The notes beneath the pieces were generated by a model. That model saw nothing but the letters and a program-made list of their open reading frames with translations, did not search any database and was not told the origin of the DNA. Of a stretch of 64,000 nucleotides of DNA, positions 58,501 to 64,000 are shown in pieces (position 1 is the stretch's first letter; every line of letters begins with the position of its first letter). This stretch comes from Candidatus Hermodarchaeota archaeon (lineage in GTDB: Archaea > Asgardarchaeota > Lokiarchaeia > Sigyniarchaeales > SOKP01), in NCBI GenBank assembly GCA_048885525.1, contig JBHLLP010000005.1, forward strand, positions 7,982 through 71,981. Reading direction: 5' to 3'. Made by a program: the position numbers and the translations under genes.

Positions 58501-59616
58501 TTATTAGGATATGGATTTTTTGATGAAAATCCTTCCTTAGAACAATATAATTACACTATAGATGCAGGTATTTTGGGTCAAGGAATTGATATTTTGAATA
58601 TTATTGCAACTAAGAGTAATTATCAATCTCAACCAGCTCAAGTAACTGTAGAGATTACTGAAAAAAATACAAACCTTCAATTATTTTTTAATGGTGATAA
58701 TAAAACTGCAGATCCATTTTTAGAATTACCCATCGGATCATCATTAAATATTACTGTGAAATATTCAGATTTACTTGGTAATTTTATTGACAGTGCTGAT
58801 GTAATACTTCTTGGTGAAGGTTTATCTGACTCTTTAAATCAAAGTATCAGTTTTGAACAATATTCAATTTTATTAGATACACGTCAATTGGATATAGGAG
58901 TAAGATTATTAACAATAGTAGCACAAAGAAATAATTACCAACTAAAGAAAATTAATATTAGATTAGATATATTACGCATTAGAACTAATATTACAACCTT
59001 ATCGGGTATTAATGTGATTAATATCATTGCTGGTCAATCTGTTGATTTGAAAATCAAACTAAATGATTTAGATTTTGGAGGTTTAATTTTGAATGCAACT
59101 GTATCTTATCGATGGCAAAATGGACAAGGAATTTTAACAGATAATGATAATGATGGTATATATGAAGCAACTATTCCCAATATACCAAAAGGCTCGTTTA
59201 TTATTACAATAACCGCATTTGCAGGAGATGATTATGATTTTGAGAGGTTTGAGATTTTTATAACTGCAATAACCGAACCTGGAGAGGATTCACTTTTGTG
59301 GTTAGGATTATTTATTGGCGTTTCAATAGCAGCTGGAATTTTGATATCCTATCTTGTAGTCTATACACGTATTTTGAGATTTCCTAAACCTGTCAGAAGA
59401 GTACGAAAATTCAGAAAAAGTTTGAAGCGCAAAACTGTACCTAGTATAAGTGTAACTGGTCGTCAAAAAGCTTTTGATTCCCTTTATAGTGAGGAATTAG
59501 CTAAAACATCTGGTATAATAAAATTTAAGCCACTAGTAAGTAAAAAGAAATCGATACAAGAAAAAGAAGCTCAAATACCAGTATCAATTAAAGAAAAACC
59601 TGAAACTTTAGACTAA
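55558..59616 (+). CDS. Giant type-II-anchored surface protein with at least 6 Ig-like repeats, C-terminal TM helix and the same conserved basic tail (TTG start)
   Basis: N-terminal anchor IGLLSILLCIFVSFVLL. Repeats carry LNIT[VI].Y and DNDGIYEATIPN motifs shared with 49755..55250. C-terminal LLWLGLFIGVSIAAGILISYLVVY is followed by RILRFPKPVRRVRKFRKSL. Confidence 0.8.
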   Translation: MIKNRRIRQRSRSIGLLSILLCIFVSFVLLNSDREHILSMENNENNLENVIQNNLLKTSSLSLNNIFSGIGEPWNATHYANRTDYNLPVNFGNGTYDTAEIPLGIDWIGYQLNASIDNLYDTRNWNNGTFDFGDDDGTYAAAEDDTSDIINPYQNWTFNLLDGATNNDMSGNYLDSGYGPSDGHNCLELRMDGNPNVLVGYRNYNENDRCWWNSTFVIPRGTIISSTLEFDVNPNYLANFNSWDFGILINSQQIYSIGTYSLKQLGEGSWHSFSIPSSVWINQSNVFNSPVNGTSISIEFSLEYVATSASYSNGFTNIEYQQIFVDNIKLVSKAEVKPSQLLLKINNTDVNDVDWGKGYLELKGNWQSSKVYANFSSDDTWSLSNFDIELDTDLSLYALKNIPETSYETNIFSEGVKFSVENNSLVSWESYSYFAVPTGYEESTMRLEFPTDIDIKWVSEPQQPSVNRLTQCDNSTTGLLLIPVNSISTTPDGFWRFEGKSPNYCEELQIFKNTTSIPTGNDWIQETEFFSGDYINITTKITDSSLVSSYIQQTKAKLQIRFPNGSIWTEVYQLQSPDSNGNVDFNYFQIPKTPPNYEVGEYEAIITWNNSYSIFGLNETGIITKKFTVKHFSTLTPDQSYYANILEGDTINLLASFTDKENGDAIEDALVYIDNFLGGREYFNEISPGFYVLLDFNTSGGVAGDNILTIYANSSLYQNNTNQITINLVLKTTLTAQEFPYLQVSWNENFTIHLNYTETTTGNGIITSPTSNWLGEYSINMTSPGIYNMEFNSSLYEVNKIHSLIINVNEANYESQNVLIKIEIIERETYIDNVFLNGIEKVTDKSITLTSGQLLNITISYKDQISGDFLSGATVRVVGGGLSEFLNESLIYPQYELVFNTSLLDVGATFLTVSAQLQNYSSSAIVLTLYLDVRGTSMVVLLNGAIYPNNYITVEVTEKINITVIYTDFISGSYLYNATIELLGYGFFDENPSLEQYNYTIDAGILGQGIDILNIIATKSNYQSQPAQVTVEITEKNTNLQLFFNGDNKTADPFLELPIGSSLNITVKYSDLLGNFIDSADVILLGEGLSDSLNQSISFEQYSILLDTRQLDIGVRLLTIVAQRNNYQLKKINIRLDILRIRTNITTLSGINVINIIAGQSVDLKIKLNDLDFGGLILNATVSYRWQNGQGILTDNDNDGIYEATIPNIPKGSFIITITAFAGDDYDFERFEIFITAITEPGEDSLLWLGLFIGVSIAAGILISYLVVYTRILRFPKPVRRVRKFRKSLKRKTVPSISVTGRQKAFDSLYSEELAKTSGIIKFKPLVSKKKSIQEKEAQIPVSIKEKPETLD

Positions 59617-59640
59617 TCGAAAATATTAGAAGATTTAATC

Positions 59641-60198
59641 TTAAACTCCATTATTTTTTATACAAGCTAATATTATAGCGTCATGAAATTTCCCTTGAAA
59701 ATTCAAATACTGCCTTAATGTGCCTTCTATTTTGAATCCACATTTTTCAAAAAGAAAGATAGATCTTTTGTTTTCTAATGCGATGTATGCTTCAAGTCGG
59801 TTAATTTTGAGATGATTAAATCCAATAATTTTAATTAAGTTTATAGATTTTTCACCCAAACCCTTACTCCAAAAAGAAGGTGTTATCCAAATCCCAACTT
59901 GAGCCCTATAATGCTTCCAGTTAATATTCCATAGACTAATCGAGCCGATTTTCACTTTATTAACGTTGTGTAATTCGATTATGTAATTAAATTGAAGATA
60001 ATTATCCCAATACTTTGAATAATTTTTTATTAATCTTTTTGCATCTTCTATTGTTTTTAAAGGACCTAAGGATAAATATAAATTTAATTCATTTTCATTT
60101 AGGCTATTAAATACAAATTCTGCGTCTTCTTTAGTTATTTTTCTAAAGACGAGATTTCCATCATTAATTTCTTCAACAAATTCAGAGTTTCTAATCAT
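59641..60198 (-). CDS. RimJ/RimL-type GNAT N-acetyltransferase
   Basis: WSKGLGEKSINLI...NKRSIFLFEKCGFKIEGTLRQ. Confidence 0.8.
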   Translation of the reverse strand: MIRNSEFVEEINDGNLVFRKITKEDAEFVFNSLNENELNLYLSLGPLKTIEDAKRLIKNYSKYWDNYLQFNYIIELHNVNKVKIGSISLWNINWKHYRAQVGIWITPSFWSKGLGEKSINLIKIIGFNHLKINRLEAYIALENKRSIFLFEKCGFKIEGTLRQYLNFQGKFHDAIILACIKNNGV

Positions 60199-60304
60199 AT
60201 TACAAAATTAAAAGATCTTAGTTCATTGAATAAAAAATGTTTTTATAAATATATCAAAAAAAAGGGTTAAAAAATGTATTGAAAAAACTAGGATATGTGA
60301 GAGT

Positions 60305-61135
60305 TTATATTCCACCAGTGAATTTTGGTTCTCTTTTTTGTAGAAAAGCCTGGATGCCTTCATTAACATCTTTAGATCCAGCATTAACTCCAAAACCGAA
60401 CATTTCGAATATATTTCCAATTTCTATAGGTACTTGAGTTCCAAATTTAACTGCTTTCTTAATTACTAACAGAGCGGTAGTAGGGCCACTTCCTAGCCAT
60501 GAAGCTTTTTCATGAATAAGGTTTTCAAACGCTTCACCATCATCACAAAGATAACTTACATGCCCCCATTCATGCATTTTCTCTGCTGATACTCGTTCTC
60601 CAAAATAAATCATATTTAATGCTCGATTCACCCCAATACGTCTTGCCATTCTTTGAGTACCTCCATTTCCAGGAAAGATACCTCTAGCTATTTCTGGAAA
60701 TCCAAAAAATGATCTTTTAGTTGCAATTATAATATCACAGACAAGAGTTAATTCACATCCCCCTCCAAACGCATACCCATCAACTGCTCCAATTACTGGT
60801 TTTGGGAATTGCTCAATTAAAGTATAATATTTATGCTTTTGCTGCATGGAAATTGTCCAATGAACAGGAATATTTGGTTTTAATCCTTTTCCCATAGGAG
60901 AAGATAAATCTGCTCCAGCAGAAAATGCAGGTTTTTTAGTAACATTTTTAGTACCTCTAAGGACAATACATCTTACACTAGGTTCAAGTTCAAATTGCTC
61001 CATTGCTTCATAAATTTCTCTTAATGTTTGTGTTGTGAGTGCATTTAACTTATCTGGTCTATTAATGGAAATAACTGCATAATTCCCTTCTTCATTTTTT
61101 TCTACTATTACATGTTCAAAATTCTTTTCTGACAT
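60305..61135 (-). CDS. Enoyl-CoA hydratase/isomerase (crotonase) family
   Basis: FSAGADLS and GYAFGGGCELTLVCDIIIA motifs. Confidence 0.85.
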   Translation of the reverse strand: MSEKNFEHVIVEKNEEGNYAVISINRPDKLNALTTQTLREIYEAMEQFELEPSVRCIVLRGTKNVTKKPAFSAGADLSSPMGKGLKPNIPVHWTISMQQKHKYYTLIEQFPKPVIGAVDGYAFGGGCELTLVCDIIIATKRSFFGFPEIARGIFPGNGGTQRMARRIGVNRALNMIYFGERVSAEKMHEWGHVSYLCDDGEAFENLIHEKASWLGSGPTTALLVIKKAVKFGTQVPIEIGNIFEMFGFGVNAGSKDVNEGIQAFLQKREPKFTGGI

Positions 61136-61306
61136 TTAATCAAACCTCTTTTAAATTATTTTTAACAACAATTTCTAATTTGATTTAAAGATAATTAGTA
61201 TTATTTTTTTTAAAATTAAAAATTTTCAAATTGAAATTCAAATTTTCATTAGGAAATTCGTATAATATCAAAAATATAAAAAAAAGGAAAAAAAATTAAT
61301 AAAATT

Positions 61307-62479
61307 TTATTTCATATCAACCCATTTACCAGATTTTAATAAATCACATGGTTTAAAATATTCTATTCCTGTAAGTTCAACAAGTTCATTTAGGACTTCA
61401 ACTTGTTTATCCCATGTATTTACGTTTGGAGCCATAGGTCCCGGCATATTCATCCCTGCCATTACTGTTTTATCAATCACTTCCCAACTATTTGTAACTC
61501 CTTCCTCTAAAAGCCTGCATGCTTCATTTAACATAATAGCAATTGGATATTTCATTTTATAAATTCTTGCTTTTCCAGCACTCTTATCTGGTTCAGGTCT
61601 CCCTTTGGACCAGTCGCGGAATCCTTGACCAGTTTTCATACCAAGTTTACCTTCATTAAATAGTTTAGTTATTACCTTGCCAGGAGCAAAATCAGGAGAA
61701 AGGGTTTCAGCGTAATACTTTTGACCATGGTATAAAACATCTATACCTACATAATCAGCTAGTACAGTTATTGACATAGGTCCAGTTCGAGCATCATTAT
61801 CAAGTTGATCCCATGAAATTCCTTCTTCAGCACATTTATCAAAAACGTAGTTTTGATAAATTTGAGGGGGTGCAGTAACTCGGTTGCAAATAAATCCAGG
61901 TCTATCCTTCAGTACTTTTGCGATATATCTTTCACCTCTAAGACAAGGAATAGATTTTGCAAATTCCATTCCTATATTTATACTTTCATCAGAAGAATGC
62001 ACGCTATAAATAACCTCAATCAACCTCATTAGAGGTACCGGATTAAAAAAGTGCATTCCTATACATTTATCTGGTCTCCCCGATTCTTTACCAATATCAG
62101 TAATACTCATTGTAGACGTATTTGACGCAAGAATACAGTGAGGTGGTGCATTTTCTCCACAAGTTTTAAAAACTTGTTGTTTAACATCCATTTTTTCGAT
62201 AACTGCTTCAATCATTATATCAGCATCCTTTACTGCTGATGCTAAATCTGTTGATTTTTTACAATTTGCCATAAAATCAGCAGCTGTTTTACCTTCTGGT
62301 AAGGATCCCTTCGCTTCGAGTTTTTTCATCCCTTCCTCTATTTTATTCCAACCTTTATCAACGAACTCGTCTTTTATATCAACCATTGTAACATTGTATC
62401 CTGCCATCAGTGCCATTTGACCAATTCCATGGCCCATTTGCCCGGCACCGACCACTATTAAATTCTTAATTTCAGCCAT
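61307..62479 (-). CDS. 3-hydroxyacyl-CoA dehydrogenase
   Basis: VVGAGQMGHGIGQ NAD fold, ASNTSTMSI, HFFNPVPLMRLIEV. Confidence 0.85.
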   Translation of the reverse strand: MAEIKNLIVVGAGQMGHGIGQMALMAGYNVTMVDIKDEFVDKGWNKIEEGMKKLEAKGSLPEGKTAADFMANCKKSTDLASAVKDADIMIEAVIEKMDVKQQVFKTCGENAPPHCILASNTSTMSITDIGKESGRPDKCIGMHFFNPVPLMRLIEVIYSVHSSDESINIGMEFAKSIPCLRGERYIAKVLKDRPGFICNRVTAPPQIYQNYVFDKCAEEGISWDQLDNDARTGPMSITVLADYVGIDVLYHGQKYYAETLSPDFAPGKVITKLFNEGKLGMKTGQGFRDWSKGRPEPDKSAGKARIYKMKYPIAIMLNEACRLLEEGVTNSWEVIDKTVMAGMNMPGPMAPNVNTWDKQVEVLNELVELTGIEYFKPCDLLKSGKWVDMK

Positions 62480-62855
62480 TTGTTTTTTTCAACCTCTTAA
62501 TATTAAATTGGAAATTTTATTTTTGCTATCTAAAATTCAACATATATTATAATTTTTTTTTAATTTTTGACTTTGTGTAATTTAAAACTAAATTTATATG
62601 TTAGAAATTAATAGTTTTTATTATCATTTTCAAAAGATTCATTTCTAAAAATTTATTAAATTTGAGTTTGATATCATAAAATTTTGTACTTTTTAAATAT
62701 AAGGTATTCTAAAATTCTCTTCTCAGATATAAATACTTCTAAAAATTCTATTTCTCTTAATAATCAATAGGAATTTAATATTGAATTTTTATAATTTGAT
62801 CAGAAATCGTTGTTTTTGAATTAATCAATCTGAAAGGAATTTGTGAGGTTTAATT

Positions 62856-63968
62856 GTGAAAATAGCAAATATTAAAATTAAATTGAATTTGTCAACACTA
62901 ATAATAGTAGTTTTAGTTGGTTTTTATGCAACAAGTTTCTATGCCTCGATTGTGCAAAACGCACCATTACTTGAACTTTTAATTGTTGGCTTAATCAATG
63001 GAATAATTATCTTACTTTCGATATTAACCCATGAGTTATCTCATTCAATAGTTGCTCAAAAATTTGGACTAGGAGTTTCTGAAATTGAACTTTATTTGTT
63101 TGGGGGTGTTTCTAAAATAGAAGAAGAACCCAAAACACCTAAATCGGAACTATTAATCGCCATTGTTGGTCCTTTGTCGAGTCTTTTAATAGGAATGTTT
63201 TTACTCATACTATCATTTTTGCCAATAACCTTGCCGACTATTTTATCGGTTACATTATTTTACTCAGGAATTTCTAATGTAGGATTAGGAATCTTTAATT
63301 TACTTCCAGCTTTTCCCATTGATGGTGGGCGATTATTAAGAGCTTTCTTATGGAAACGTCGTGATAATTTATTATCAGCCACGAAATCAGCTTCAAAGGT
63401 GGGTGTTGCTTTTGGTTATGGTTTGATGATATATGGAGTGTTTCAGATATTTACTTTTGGATTCTTTAATGGTCTCTGGTTAATTCTAATAGGGTCATTT
63501 CTAAGAAACACCGCAAGGCAATCCTATAATCAGACTTTAAATGAAGTAGCTCTTTCAAACATAAGTGTTAAGGAACTCTTAAGTTTCCCTATTCAAATTC
63601 CCTTTGACATGATTTTATCAGATGCAATAAGAGAATATTTTTTAACATACAAAAGGGATTATTTCCCCGTTGTCCAAGGACAAAAAATAGTAGGAATTAT
63701 TCACATAGCAGATGTTAGAAGAATCCCAATTCATCAGAGGACTAATTATATTATAGGATACGTAATGAGGAAAATCTCAGAATTTCCTTACATTGATAGT
63801 AATCAAAGTGGCAAAGAAGCAATAAAAAAATTAAATCAATTAAGTGGACAAACACCTATTATAATAGTTCGAGAAGTAGATAATAATGAATTACTTGGAT
63901 TCATTGGAAAGGAAGAATTAGCCTCTTCTTTGAAATATTGGACGCTCCATACGCAAGATTATAACTAG
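62856..63968 (+). CDS. M50 site-2 protease with C-terminal CBS pair
   Basis: HELSHS (HExxH), NLLPAFPIDGGRLL, then CBS-like repeats. Confidence 0.85.
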   Translation: MKIANIKIKLNLSTLIIVVLVGFYATSFYASIVQNAPLLELLIVGLINGIIILLSILTHELSHSIVAQKFGLGVSEIELYLFGGVSKIEEEPKTPKSELLIAIVGPLSSLLIGMFLLILSFLPITLPTILSVTLFYSGISNVGLGIFNLLPAFPIDGGRLLRAFLWKRRDNLLSATKSASKVGVAFGYGLMIYGVFQIFTFGFFNGLWLILIGSFLRNTARQSYNQTLNEVALSNISVKELLSFPIQIPFDMILSDAIREYFLTYKRDYFPVVQGQKIVGIIHIADVRRIPIHQRTNYIIGYVMRKISEFPYIDSNQSGKEAIKKLNQLSGQTPIIIVREVDNNELLGFIGKEELASSLKYWTLHTQDYN

Positions 63969-64000
63969 GGCTAATGGTCTAGATTATTGGATTTTTTTTA

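Noticed and set aside
1-64000. CRISPR arrays, tRNA/rRNA genes, integrases, transposases, toxin-antitoxin pairs.
   Set aside because: I scanned intergenic regions for regularly spaced repeats and GC-rich structured islands, and scanned ORFs for recombinase or transposase motifs. None was found. The many short (60-110 aa) antisense ORFs in the track lie inside longer genes and look like AT-rich frame shadows.

Overview
Strongly AT-rich archaeal chromosomal window. It is most consistent with a Lokiarchaeia-type Asgard genome. Three things support this: UGA-selenocysteine hdrA/mvhD genes, a Loki-type profilin homologue, and a divergent small-GTPase-like protein. I found no rRNA, tRNA, CRISPR array, integrase or transposase.

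Content, left to right:
- A truncated SNF2 helicase.
- Anaerobic redox genes: a QueG-like Fe-S protein, an HdrC-GltD-HdrB triple-fusion reductase, tungsten-type aldehyde:ferredoxin oxidoreductase with its ferredoxin subunit, and a corrinoid protein with a URO-D-type methyltransferase.
- An hdrA-mvhD selenoprotein operon with four in-frame UGA codons and one SECIS-like hairpin downstream.
- Accessory genes: GNATs, a TPR protein with a RING-like zinc finger, MFS transporters, GH127, profilin, class I GAPDH, and two paralogous wHTH/4-TM/secreted-protein cassettes.
- A HerA-like ATPase and an M42 peptidase remnant.
- A roughly 17.6 kb locus (42.0-59.6 kb): a degenerate GTPase fusion, a TrmB-like giant coiled-coil protein, a wHTH partner, and three paralogous giant surface-protein modules. 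Two of the modules are fused in frame. All three end in a TM helix plus a conserved 56-aa basic cytoplasmic tail.
- Beta-oxidation-type genes and an M50 site-2 protease.

Most unusual observations:
1. The surface-protein, tail and cytoplasmic-partner locus.
2. Three independent cases where the last 12-14 codons plus stop of a gene are duplicated 0.55-3.7 kb downstream, bracketing inserted genes. This looks like an att-like footprint, but no recombinase is present.
3. A single AUGA/GA kink-turn-like SECIS candidate that apparently serves four UGA codons in two cistrons.
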